64,000 bases of DNA, taken from positions 52,018,001-52,082,000 of the forward strand of contig NC_135881.1 of NCBI RefSeq assembly GCF_964194155.1, read 5' to 3'. The notes below the pieces were generated by a model that worked only from the letters and a program-made list of their open reading frames with translations, did no database searches and was not told the DNA's origin. Each line of letters opens with the position of its first letter. The first letter of the stretch is position 1. The DNA comes from Cetorhinus maximus. Taxonomy: Eukaryota. Positions 1 to 12,514 of this stretch are shown here, in pieces. The translations under genes and the position numbers were made by a program.

Positions 1-344
1 TTTGCCAAAACCATTAAATGCTTTCTAAGATGAATACTGAAAACTGAACACAATATCCCTAAATGAGAACAAGCCAGATGCTCTATAACTGAATTATCAC
101 TTTCTTGCTTTTACATTTTATATCTCTTGTGGTGCGGTCCAGCAAAGCAGTAGTCTTTTGCATTTGCCCAATCAGCTCAGTGATCATCTCTCACTCTCCA
201 CCACCCATTAATGTGAATACATGTGCAGAGCTGTGACTCCAAGTGAAGAAATACTTAACTAGATAATTACTGCTGCCAATATTAAATGACTGCTTGACAT
301 ATTCACATGGCATTCCTCTGTTGTTCTTTTAGTAAAGACATGAT

Positions 345-1168
345 GGAGCAGGATTTTTCCTGCAGGCATCTGAATCCCGCTGTCAGGCTCAAGTTCCAGT
401 CAGAAACCACACCGCGTGAGAAACAGTCACTCAATGGCCAGGATTTTACAGCCCCGCCGCAACGTGCCTCCCCCCAGCGGATACAGCGAGCCATTTAAAT
501 CTCCATTTGGTTCAGCAGTACCATAATATCCCGCAGGGCAGGAGGGACCATAAAATCCTGGCCCATGTGATTTTCCCCAGAGCAGCCAATTAATGGCCAG
601 ACAGCAGGCTTGCTGGCTAATTAAGGATTGTGGACAGGCTTTTAAACCTGGAGGGCCAATAAAAGGCCTTCCAGCTTGAAAGCAGCAGCAGGATGCCATA
701 GTAGGTAAGTGTGGGAGAGGGTTCTTCAAAATGGAAGACTTTCAACTTCTTCCAATTTAGAACTAAAAAATGGCTTTTGCAGTTGATCCACTACTGTAGG
801 ATGGGTGCTGGGGGTGCCGTGTGAACTCCTCTACAGGATAGCTTGCGGCTGTTGCTGCACCCACACAGGCAGGGAATGCCACTAAGCCTGCCTGGAGCAC
901 TGGTCCTCTCTGGCCTTCCACCAGGAGGCCACGTACAGGCAATTAAACTGACTCCTGCTGCATCCCAGAACCTGGAGGCAGATTGGGAAATCCCAATCGA
1001 TCTCTATTAACGGGTCAGTAGCCTGGCCGTGCCCCTCCATCCCACCTATGGGAGAATAGCCCAGTAGGCAGGATGGAGCCGGGGAACTGGCACGCAGACC
1101 GACAACATGAAATTCCATGACTGCCCACCTCCATTCCAGGCTCCAGTCGGGGTTAAAAATTCAACCCA
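345..1168. mobile_element. Non-autonomous DNA element containing a nested 128-bp MITE (436-563)
   Basis: Inner element has a perfect 13-bp TIR GGCCAGGATTTTA/TAAAATCCTGGCC; the outer ends are degenerate versions of the same TIR. Confidence 0.55.
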
Positions 1169-3332
1169 TAAACTCTTTTGCAATAAAGCTAAAGCCTCTT
1201 TAAAAATAATAAAAGCATGCAATATGAATGCATAAAACATTTTTCCACAACATCTCCAACAGCAATTTCTCACCTTAAAATGTTATGAGAATAGGCATTC
1301 CAACCATTAAAGTTAGAGACTTTGGTTTTGATACAATCCAAAACTTGTACCCAAATATAGTTGCGAGAAATAGTTATAAAATCAAAGGAGTAAATAAAAT
1401 TTATTTAAAAAGTCTGTCAGTACTCCTCCCCTCTGCTTACAAGTTAGTTTCTGAGGGGCAGTTAATAAGAAGATGCGTTACTGGTGGAACAGCTTTGGGC
1501 CAATTAACTCTACAAATCAAGCCTCATGCCCATTTTACCCTGGACCACCTAGTAGGAGTCCATCACAGGACATGCACAGAAAATAATTTTGAAGTCTAGG
1601 TAGAAGAAAAAAAGTTCATCAAGGAAACATCTACCAAGAAGCACACACAATAGTTTTAGAATGACCTGGATTTTGCAATCAGCAGCAAAGCAATGCCGCT
1701 CAGCACAGACCTTAAAAAAAACTGCCCACAAAGATCCAGCAATTTCTTTAGCATGGGCTCCCCCTTTCCAGATGTCCGTTTGAATCTGGCGCCAAGTCAA
1801 GGGGATCACCAGGCATCAGTAATGATGTCATCAAGCAGAATCGACAGCCAATCATGTTCAAGTATTCTCACAGCCAGCAAACCCAAGGAGTAAAAAACAC
1901 TGAACCTCTTCACCTTTGATTTTTAAAAATTACAAATAGCAGAATATATGGTTCACATGGAATTTAGGTGTAAGCTAAAATATCATAAAGAAGCTTTAAA
2001 AAAGTATTATTCTAAGAAGTATGTGCAATTTCTTATCATACTGTATAAATTTGACATTCGATAGTCTTAAAATTAATCTTTCAGGGCCAGTGATGCTGTT
2101 TAGCTGTAATTATGAACTCAGTACACCATTAAAAGTCCCACTTATACCTCATTCAACAAATGTGTAACTTTTTCAAGAGTTTCTATAGTGAGACTAAGGA
2201 CCCGATTTTAATTCTTGGTTTTGAGAGAATTAAAATTTCGCTCTAAGAGCAAAGAGTTGAAGTTCTCATCAGTTCAATAACTTCCCTTTGACTGCCGTCT
2301 GAGTGGAACTTTAAAAGTGCACACGCTGGAGAAGCGTAGAATCACTGACAGCAACCTCTAGATTTCCGCATTGAACTGCACATGTCCAGACTCCAGAGCT
2401 TGCTCAGTTGCAGAGAAGTAATGACGGCAAAGACTGGTAGTTTCGCTATCCTTACTGCAGCAAATTGTGAACCATTGAGATTCACTTTAACAGGGTGGAA
2501 CCAAGGACTACAGTAACAAGGACAGCCGTCTCGTAAGTTTGGCCCTGGTTGTTGTGAAGAACACAAAGGCAAGGAAAATTAGTACAATTGACAGTTCTGA
2601 CCTCTACAGACTAATGTATGCTTGAATCAAGTCAGGCTTAATTTCCAATCAAAATTTTCAATTGGAGGGTCTAGGAGATCCAGGAGACAACCATGCCTGT
2701 AGGAGAGAGTTTTACTAGCAGAAACCATGTCACAGCTTCACACTTTACTCTAAACAGATTTTAGAACACCAACAGCATCATCTCCTGTGCTCCGACAAAA
2801 GCACAAGCAGCAACTCCTATGCTAATGACAATCCAGTCACATCTCTTTTAGCTATTAGAATCAAGCCCAGTGTTCTGCCAAGCTTTGACTTTAAGAATGT
2901 AAAACCATAAGTACTTTTATTGTGCTTGTTTATTATTTTCCTCATCAGTTTTTTTTCCCACTACCCTCCTCTCTCAAGGGTACTGCCTCCTTTGCTGGGC
3001 CATTATATACGAATGTTGGATACCATGTGTGGAAGCATCACCAATTCAGAGTTCAACATCTCCCAAAGGCACTTCTTATCTAAACATTTGCCCAGAAAAT
3101 TAGACAGGTTGTTGGCAACAAAGTTGAAAGTACACATTTTAGGCACCATTTTGCAGATTAAAAGTTTTAACTAAGAGATGGAAAAGGAACTTTGATTGAC
3201 CATTTGCTATTTTTGTGACTTTCCCCATATTCAGTTGTGGCTAATGATGATGTGAGCCCCCACTGATGATTCAATGAGCTTATTCAGAGAGTAGCTTAAA
3301 CATAAAGGCAAAAGAAGGTCCTCAGGATTGAT

Positions 3333-4118
3333 ATAAAAACAAAAAATAATGGAAATGCTCAGCAGGTTAGGCAGTGCCTGTGGAGAGAAACAGAGCTAGC
3401 ATTTCAGGTCAATCACCTTTCACCAGAACTGAAGAAAGATGGCAGGGGAGATTAAAGAATAAATGATTTCATGATGCAATAGGCAAAGAGAGTGGGAGTG
3501 GGTATAGCAAAGAAACAAAAGTTGTGTCCAAATGAGACGTAAATGGCTACATAGCAACCATCTGAGTGTAAGGGGTAAAGAAAGAAACAAGACAAGACCA
3601 ACCCAGCAAAACAAAAAAAGGGGAGAAAAAGAACAACACATAAAACAAGATAAAGGCAGAGGTTATGATCTAAAATTGTTGAACTCGATGTTCAGTCTAG
3701 AAGGCTGCAGAGTGCCGAGTCAGAAGATAAGGTGCCGGTCCTCGAGCTTGTGTTAAGCCTCACTGGACACTGTAGCAGCCTATGGACAGAAAGGTCAGCA
3801 TGGGAGCAAGGGGAGAATTTAATGACAAGCAACCAGAAGCTCAGGGTCATGCTTTCAGACAGAACAGAGGCATTTAAAAAACCGGTCCCCCAGTGTGCAT
3901 TTGGTCTCTCCACTGTAGAGGAGACCACATCGTGAACAGTGAACACAGTATACTAAATTGAAAGAAGTACAAGTAAATTTCTGTTTCACTTGGAAGGGGC
4001 GTTTGGGGACTTGGATGGTAAGAAAGGAAGAGATGAACGGACAGGTGTTACATCTCCTGCGCTTGCACGGAAAGGTGCTGAAGGGAAGGGAGGGTATGTT
4101 ACAGGTGACTGAGGATTG
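3333..4118 (-). mobile_element. Penelope-like element, inverted arm (GIY-YIG endonuclease remnant + terminal repeat)
   Basis: ORF 3855-4133 reads FQVKQKFTCTSFNLVYCVHCSRCGLLYSGETKCTLGDRF, a Penelope-type GIY-YIG motif. Confidence 0.85.
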
Positions 4119-4993
4119 AGCTTGGCACAACACTGTGCTCTTCTTCCATCACCTCCACCTCTGTACCCACTTCTTAAACCAGGAGTCTTTCTCCCACTTA
4201 ATGAGAACCCTTCACCATTCTCCCTCCACCTGGACCCCTCCCTCTGGCCTTTTACCCTCTCTATATTTTTTATTGAAAACTGCCAGCGTGACATCAACCA
4301 TCTCAATTTCTCAACTCCTCTCACTCACCCTTAACCAATCTCACTCTGAACTTGCTGCACTCCATTCCCTTTGGTTCAACCCTAACATCGTCATCAAACC
4401 CTCTGACAAGGGCAGTGCTGTTGTTGCCTGGCATACTAACCTCTACCTTGCATAGGGTGAACTCTCTGACTGTATCCTGCTCTCATCATGAACTGGAAAA
4501 CTTCATTGACTTTGTTTCCAATTTCAACACTTCCTTCGCCTTCACCTGGTCCATCTCGGACTCTTCCCTTCCTTTTCTCAACTTCTTGGTCTCCATTTCT
4601 GGAGATAGCCTATCTATTAATATTCACTACAAACCCACGGACTCCCACGGCCATCTCGACCACACTTCCTCGCACCATGCCTCCTGCAAGTACTCCGTTT
4701 CATTCTCACAGTTTCTCTGTCTCGGTCACATCTGTTCTGATGATGCAACCTTCCACACCAATACTTCCGATATGTCTTCCTTTTCCCTCAATCAAAGAAT
4801 CCCACCCAGTGTGGTTATTAGCGCCCTCCACCATGTTTGATCCATTTCATGCTCTTCAGTTCTTACCCCTTCCCCCCTCCCAGAATGATGATTGGGTCCC
4901 TCTTGTGACTTTCCATCCCACCAGCCTCTGTATTCAACAGATCATCCTCCAAGATTTCTGCCAGTCTCAGCATGATGTCACCACCAAACACAT
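4119..4993 (+). mobile_element. Penelope-like element, RT remnant
   Basis: IVIKPSDKGSAVV, SLPFLNFLVSISGD..INIHYKPTDSH and SCKYSVSFSQFL motifs, broken by frameshifts. Confidence 0.85.
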
Positions 4994-5761
4994 TTAATCC
5001 AGATGTGAGGTGATGCACTTGGGCAAAACAAACAAGGCACGGGAATACACGATGAATGGTAGGACCCTGGGAAGTAACAAGGATCAGAGGGACCTTGGTG
5101 TGCATGTCCACCCGTCCCTTAAGGTAGCAGGACAGGTAGATAAGGTGGTTAAGGCGGCATATGGGATACTTGCCTTTATTAGCCGAGGCATAGAATATAA
5201 GAGCAGGGAGGTTATGCTGGAACTGTATAAAACGTTGGCTAGGCCACAGCTAGAGTATTGCGTGCAGTTAGATGTGATTGCACTAGAGAGTGCAGAGGAG
5301 ATTTACCAGGATGTTACCTGGGCTGGAGAGCTTTGGTTAAGAAGAGAGATTGGATAGACTGGGGTTATTTTCCCTGGAGCAGAGAAGATTGAGGGGGCAC
5401 ATGAATGATGATTATGAGGGGCATCGATAGAGTAGACAGGAAGGAACTTTTCCCCTTGGTGGAGGGATCAAAACCAGGGGGCATAGATTTAAGGTAAGGG
5501 GCAGGAGGTTTAGACGGGATGTGAGGAAGAATTTTTTCACCCAGAGGGTGGTGGGAATCTCAAACCCACTGCTTGAAAGGGTGGTAGAGGCAGATACCCT
5601 CATAGCATTTATGAAGTATTTGGATGTGCACTTACGATGACATGGCATACAAGGCTAAGGGCCTAGTGCTGGAAAATGGGATTAGAATAGTTAGGTACTT
5701 GTTTGACTGGCGCAGACTCGATGGACTGAAGGGCCTTTTTCTGTGCTGTGTTTTTTCTATG
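4994..5761 (+). mobile_element. CR1-type LINE 3' fragment inserted into the Penelope element
   Basis: ORF 5010-5357 (RDLGVHV...YKTLARPQLEYCVQ) followed by a CR1 3' UTR; ACAT occurs on both flanks. Confidence 0.9.
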
Positions 5762-6690
5762 ACATCTTCCCCTCATCTCCCCTTTCAGATTTCCAAAAGG
5801 ACCATTCCCTCCACGACGCCCTAGTCCACTCCTCAGGTCACCCCTAACACCCCTTCCCTTCTCTACAGCACCTCCATGCAAGTTCAAAAAATGCAACACC
5901 CGTCTGCTCATCTCCTCCCTTCTCACCGTCCAAGGCTCCAAACACACTTTCCAAGTGAAATAGCGATTTACCTGTACCTCTTTCAATTTAGTATACTGTA
6001 TTCACTGTTCATGATGTGGTCTCTTCTACACTGGGGAGATCAAATGCAGACTGGGGGGACCGCTTTGTGGAACGCCAGTATGCAAGCGTGATGCCGAGTT
6101 TCCAGTTACTGCTCATTTTAATTATCCACCTTGCTCCCATGCTGGCCTTTCTGTCCATGGCCTACTACAGTGTTACTGCCTATATCTTATCCTATGTGTT
6201 ATTTTTCCTCCCTTTTTTTGTTTTGCTGGGTTGGTCCTGTCTTGTTTGTTTCTTTCTTTATCCCTTCGTGCTATGTTCAGATGGTTGCTATGTAGCCATT
6301 CACGCTTCATTTGGATATAACTTTTGTTTCTTTACCATATCCATTACCAGTCTCCTTTGTTTGTTCTTTAATTTTACCTGCCCTCCACCCTATCACAGAC
6401 CTTCTCCTTTGTTCTTCCTGCCCCTCCCACCTTCCACTATTTAAAAACTCTTACATCTCCATCTTTCTCCAGTTCTGATCAAAGGTCATCGACCTGAAAT
6501 GTGGCAGATGCGGTGAGCCATTCAAACGTTCATTGACTTCGGCAGGACCAGAAGATCCTGCCAGCAAGAGGGGCCGGAAAATTCCGACGATTAGCTCGGT
6601 TTCACTCAGCTGCCTGACCTGCTGAGTATTTTCAGCATTTTTGTTTTTATTTCAAATTTCCAGTATCCACAGTATTTTGCTTTTGTATTC
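5762..6690 (+). mobile_element. Penelope-like element, 3' part (GIY-YIG remnant + terminal repeat, with a small MITE fragment at ~6502-6590)
   Basis: Continues the sequence broken at 4993; reverse-complement similarity to 3333-4118. Confidence 0.8.
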
Positions 6691-6814
6691 ATGTCCCCAG
6701 GTTTGACCCCTGCTCTGTAATGTGATAACTGATCTCAACCAGAGCTTTCATAGGAATATTACAATTCTCCTCATCCATGGAAGGGAAAAAAATTCAGCCA
6801 AGACTGTTCTTCAG

Positions 6815-7975
6815 AAGAACATAAGAACTAGGAGCAGGAATAGGCAATTCAGCCCCTCGAGCCTGCCCCGCCAATCATTGTGATCATGACTGATCTCATT
6901 TTGGCCTCAACTCCAATTTCCCACCCTCTCCCCATAACCTTTCAACCCGTTACTAATGAAAAATCTGTCTATCTCCTACTTAAATTTATTCAGCGTCCCA
7001 GCATCCACTGCACTCTGAGGTAGTGAATTCCACAGATTCACAACCCTTTGAGAAAAGGAATACCTCCTCATCTCTGATTTAAATCTACCATCCCTTAGCC
7101 TAAAACTATGGTCTCTCATTCTAGAATGCCCCACAAGGGGAAACATTCGCTCCACGTCTACTTTGTCTATCCCCTTTAGCATCTTATATACCTCAATTAG
7201 ATCTCCTCTCATCCTTCTAAACTCTAGCGAGTATAGGCCTAAACTGCTCAATCTCTCCTCATAAGACAAGCCCCACATCTCTGGAATCAATCTAGTGAAC
7301 CTCCTCTGAACCGCCTCCAGTGCAACTACATCCTTCCTCAAGTAAGGGGACCAAAACTATGCACAGTACTCCAGGTGCAGTCTCACCAATGCCTTGTACT
7401 GTTGGCAACAACATTTCCCTATTTTTATACTCTATTCCTTTAGCAATAAATGCCAAAATTCCATTTGCCTTCCTTATTACCTGCTAGGTACTAGTATGTT
7501 AGTACCTGCATACTAGCTTTCAGCGATTCATGCACGAGGACACCCAGATCCCTCTGCACTGAAGCATTCTGAAGTTTCTCTCCATTTAAATATTAAGTCG
7601 TCTTTTTATTCTTCCAACCAAAATGGATAACCTCACACTTATCCACGTTAAACTCCATCTGCCAAATTTTGGTCCATTCACCTAACCTGTCCATATCCAT
7701 TTGTAAATTTCTTATTTCTTCCTTGCAACTTACTTTCCCACCTATTTTGGTGTCATCGGCAAATTCAGCTATAGTACATTCTATCCCTGAATCCAAGTCA
7801 TTAATATAGATTGTAAATAGTTGGGGCCCCAAGGACTGAACCCTGTGGCACCCCACTAGTTACAGCTTGCCATCCAGAAAAGACCCATTTATCCCGACTC
7901 TCTGCTTCCTGTTGGTTAGCCAATCCTTTTTCCATGCTAATATATTACCCCTAACTCTGTGTGATCTTATCTTAT
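6815..7975 (-). mobile_element. CR1-type LINE 3' fragment
   Basis: ORFs 7593-7856 ([14 protein letters not shown]...FADDTK) and 6976-7341; TTCTTATG-type tail at ~6815-6830. Confidence 0.92.
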
Positions 7976-8814
7976 GTATTCAATAATGATTCCCCCTCAC
8001 TCCGGTTATGAAGGTAAATATGAACATCAAGTACAAAAATACTCATGGTCAAACAGCATGCAGATATTCATGAGAATAACAGTCAATTTACCACAGTATT
8101 AGAGTGCATCTCATGGACCTATATTTAATCAGTTAACTCCTTTAGGAGAAATAGGGAAGAAAGAAAATTTCCAAAAAGAAAACAACAATCAAGCCTAAGG
8201 CTGTACTACTTGAAGTGTAAAGAATTGTTTGGGTTCCTTTCAGTTCACTCATATCTTAGAGTTGAGAATAGTGAGTGTGAATCCTACCAATGACTCCAAT
8301 GTTGTGTCACCTGAAACTATCTATTCAGTACCTTCAAAATATTTCTGGTCAGCATATAATAAAGCATCTTCAATCATTAAGCTACAAGCCAACCAAGGTG
8401 CTAATTTTCTTGAACTGAAGTTTTTCCCCTCTGCCAACAACAAAATGTGGTAAATTGTGAAGCCAATCTGTCAGAAACAAGGTAAGGTGCTGCATTGCAA
8501 GAGAATTAGAATTTAATCTGTCATCACTGGAGAAAAGAAGACTGGGAATATACGATCTGGATCTGTACAGTTATAAAATGTATACATAAGGCTGACACTA
8601 AGCTTTCTTAAACCTGTTTCGTGCCTATGTATTTGTGAGATGTACTTCCTGTGAGCACCACTCCCCACTGGGAGCCAGATCACAACGTACCTCTTTAGTC
8701 TAAAAATGATTACATGAAGATTTAATTTATAGCAGTTAAGTGAAATTTAACTAGTATAAAATTGTTTTGAAGTTGTAGTAATAAATCAGTCACATTATGT
8801 CAAGGTTTTCATGT

Positions 8815-9070
8815 CATGTGGTTCAGTTGGTAGCACTCTTGACCATTTGAGCACAACAATCTAGGATGCCACTCCAGTGCTGTGGGAGTGCTGCACTTTG
8901 AGGTGCTATCTTTCGGATGACACCTTAAACTGAGGCTCATGTTCCCTCTCAGGTAAAAGAAATCCAGTGGTACCATTTTGATGAGAAAGAGAGTTATCCC
9001 CAGTTTCCTGGCCAATATTTATCTCTTAATATCAGAAAAAACATATTATCTAGTCAATATCACATTATCA
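8815..9070 (+). mobile_element. tRNA-derived SINE, 5' and central part (resembles Deu-domain shark SINEs); its tail resumes at ~10260-10410
   Basis: A-box-like GTGGTTCAGTTGGTAGCACTC; core GGAGTGCTGCAC...CTTTCGGATGA shared with 21846-21900. Confidence 0.65.
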
Positions 9071-9071
9071 T

Positions 9072-9544
9072 CATAGCCACATTATAGGAAGGATGTGATT
9101 GCACTGGAGAAAGTGCATAGGAGATTTACCAGGGTGCTGCCTGGGCTGGAGGGTCTGAGATTTGAGGAAAGATTGGATATGCTGGGGCTGTTTTCCTTGG
9201 AGCAACGAAGGTTGAGAGGAGACCTGATAGAGGTATATAATGATTATGAGGGGCATAGATTGGGTAGATAGAAAAGCACTTTTTCCATTAGTAGAGGGGT
9301 CAATAACCAGGGGGCATAGATCTAAGGTAAGAGGGGAGTCGAGGAGAAATTTTTTCACCCACAGGGTGGTGGGAGTCTGGAACTCACTGCCTGAAAGAGT
9401 TGTTGAGTCAGAAAATTTGTAACATTTAAGAAGTATTTAGATATTCACAGTGTTGCCATAGCCTCCAGGGCTATGGGCCAAGCACTGGAAAATGGGATTA
9501 GTGATCTTTGTTGACTGGCCTCCATCTGTGTTGCAAACGACTAT
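9072..9544 (+). mobile_element. CR1-type LINE 3' fragment
   Basis: RRNFFTHRVVGVWNSLP C-terminal motif. Confidence 0.85.
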
Positions 9545-10246
9545 AAGCAGAATTTTGCCCTTGATGCGTGCGCAGGCCCCACCGGCTCGGTGGCAGGCGG
9601 GCAGCCGATTGCCGCCGCCGAAACGGGCCCCCCCACCATTTTGAGTGGGCGGGCCAATTAAGGCCCACCTAGCGTGTCGCCCGACGGGAAGCGCCATGCG
9701 CTTCCTGTGCGGGCAGGGGGGATTCCCCAACTGTCACAGTGCGCTCTTCTGCGCATGCGTGCGAAAGAGCACACATCTCCCTGAGGCAAAGTGCTGCCTC
9801 AGGGAGATCACTGAAAGGCTGGCAAATATAAAAAACAGAACAATAAAAAATTCATTAACATGTCCCCTCATGTAAAAATGTCACATGAGATGAGACATGT
9901 TAATGAAATAAACAAAAACTTTATTCAACGTTTTTAAAACTGCTATCAAACCTCATCCCGCCACTGGATGAGGTTTGTAAAAAAATCACTTACCCGCCTG
10001 CCCGTTGGGCCCGTGTGCCGAAAGTTCGCACGGGCCGCTGAAAATCCTGGTCCATAGAAGAGTTAAGGGCCTTAACGAGGCTTTTAATTAATGGCGGGCG
10101 CGCGTCCCACTGCCTAGCGTGCCCGCTGACAGAAATATCACAATGCCACACTGATGTCGGGACGCTCGTGCGACGTCAGCGCACAACATTTTAAGCGCTG
10201 GCGTGCAGGCTCCGCCACCCCAAACGCCAGCCTGAAGATTCTGCCC
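9545..10246. mobile_element. ~700-bp GC-rich MITE (possibly PIF/Harbinger-derived)
   Basis: Ends (aa)GCAGAATTTT ... AAGATTCTGCCC; internal hairpins; related copy at 11819-12418. Confidence 0.7.
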
Positions 10247-11818
10247 TACGAGTCTATACGGTTTGTGGCAGTTTGATGGTGTCCAAAGTGGCTGCTGTAT
10301 TTCCTATATTACAACAGTGAATATACTTGAAAAAGTACTGCATTGGTTGTAAGCACTTTGGGACATGTGGTTGTCATGAAAGGCACTACATAAGCCCAAG
10401 TCTTTCTTTCTTATCATCTGCAAAATTTCTGCTCATAACTGTTCAGCATTGAGCATAGAAGTAGGTCATACAGTTCTTGAATGTCGCCCCACGTCTACTG
10501 TTCAAAAATGTCTCATGAAGCACTTGAAATTTACAAATGTGCCATACCACAAACCCACAATTTACATAGCAACATAGGAGCAGGAGCAGGAGTAGACCAC
10601 TCTGCCCATAGAGTCTGTTCCATCATTCAATTAGATGATAACCGCCGGCTATCTTAAATTCATCCATCCACTTCGGTTCCATAATTCTCAATAATCTTGC
10701 TTGACTTATCTTAATATTATAAGTAGCAGCCAATAAATTACCAAATATTTTGGCCTTCTTATGGAAGGAATAACTGAATCTAGGTTTGTTATAAGAAACA
10801 GATCTACGAAAAGGAGAGCACTTGAACTTGGAAAAAGGTTACACTGGTCAGGTTGCTTTGCATGAAAGGAGACCCACTTGATGAAACAAAAATGTGTATC
10901 CAAATGTAATAATGAATCCAGAATTAATTGTGGTTTTTCTCCTTAGAATTAAAAAATTTTGGACCCTTCATTTAGTCCTGAACAATCAACTTTACTTTGA
11001 TGGGAACTGTATTTTGTCTGTAGGCTGACTAAATCATGAGTAATAGAGTTCACTTTATAGTAAGTAGAGATGCTATTTACTTCAAATAAAAAGCATAAGC
11101 ACCACCCCACCTCCCTCCCACTACCACGCTCTGTTGACTGTCATTCTCTATGTATACTAACTTCTTTAAATCTAAATATATTGTTTGATTTCTCTGGATA
11201 ATTGAAAGAACTCAAGTGCTTTTAACTCCCCAACTGAGGGGATCGGGGTTATGCAGGGCAAAACTATCTTTAAGATATGGCTGACCAAGGCCCAAACCAC
11301 ATTAGTTTCCATTTACTAGTTGTTGTCCGGTGGTATCGTTCAATCAAAAATTGGGAAATAATTCTGTCTCTGACTTCCTGTAAATGTCAACCACTCTTTT
11401 TTTCTCCTGTCTTGCTCTCTATCTTGCTATTTTTCCTCTATTTCCCTCTGTAACTTGCTATTTTTCACACTTTCTCTGCATTACTCTGAATGGCACACTT
11501 TATCTCACATCCTATCTGTTTGTCTGCAATTCTCTTTCTCGTTATTTCTCTTTCCTTCTTTCTGTAGGAAAAATAGGTACAGGCACCTGATTCTATTTTA
11601 TCATTATGACAGTGACATGTTTGCTATTTCAACGGAGTATCTCTTTTCCAAAATTAATCTGATATGGTAGGGAAAATCTAGGTTTTAGACGAGGGAAAGG
11701 GAACAAGGTTAACAAAACTCTTTGATTAGGAAGACAAGACTTAACTGAAATGACTAATGAGAAAATCCTAACAGAAGCAAAAGAAACAGACTTTGTGGAA
11801 ATGAAAGGTAAAAACACT

Positions 11819-12418
11819 GGGCAGAATTTTTCCCACGTCAGGGGGTTCGGCGGGAGCGGGCAGTGGCAGTCACGGGGCTGACCGCTGCCCACAATCAGCT
11901 CCACACGGCCATTTTACGCGGCCAGGCCAATTAAGGCCCACCCAGCGCAATACACAAGCGGTAGCTGCCTCAGGAAGGTTGAAGTGCTTTTGAAAAAAAA
12001 ATGAATGCAATAAAAATTTAATAAAACATGTCCCCTCATGTGACTGTGTCACATGAGATGGGACATGATTTTATTTTTCAGAAAAACTTTTTATTTAATT
12101 CGTAAAAGCTTTAGGAAACCTCATTCCGTTTATGGATGAGGTTTCCTAAAAAACATAAAGGCCGCTTGGCCTTTTCGCCTGCCCGCCAACCATAAGGTTG
12201 GACGGGCAGCATAAACTTGACATTAATTACTTTGCAATGGCCTTAATAGGCCTATCAATTATCGGCGGGTGCGCAGCCGACTCCACACACGCCCGCCAAA
12301 TGAAACATCGCGAGACAGCGCGATGGTGGCGGGATACACACACCTGATGTCATTGCGCTTCTTTTTACATGCCGGCATGTCAGGCCCACCCCCACACGCC
12401 GACTGAGAAATCCTGGCC
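11819..12418. mobile_element. ~600-bp MITE, same family as 9545-10246
   Basis: GGGCAGAATTTTTC ... GAGAAATCCTGGCC; shares GGCCAATTAAGGCCCAC, ACATGTCCCCTCATGT and AAACCTCAT...GGATGAGGTTT blocks. Confidence 0.75.
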
Positions 12419-12514
12419 GCTATTTCAGAAGGGATAAGGAATATCAAAAGTTTGAAAGAAAACCGTGAAAAAAAGAATAAGGGTGAATATTTCAAAAAAA
12501 TGAAGTCTCCAACA

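Noticed and set aside
1285-1599. 104-aa plus-strand ORF
   Set aside because: No recognisable domain or splice context; lies antisense within an intron.
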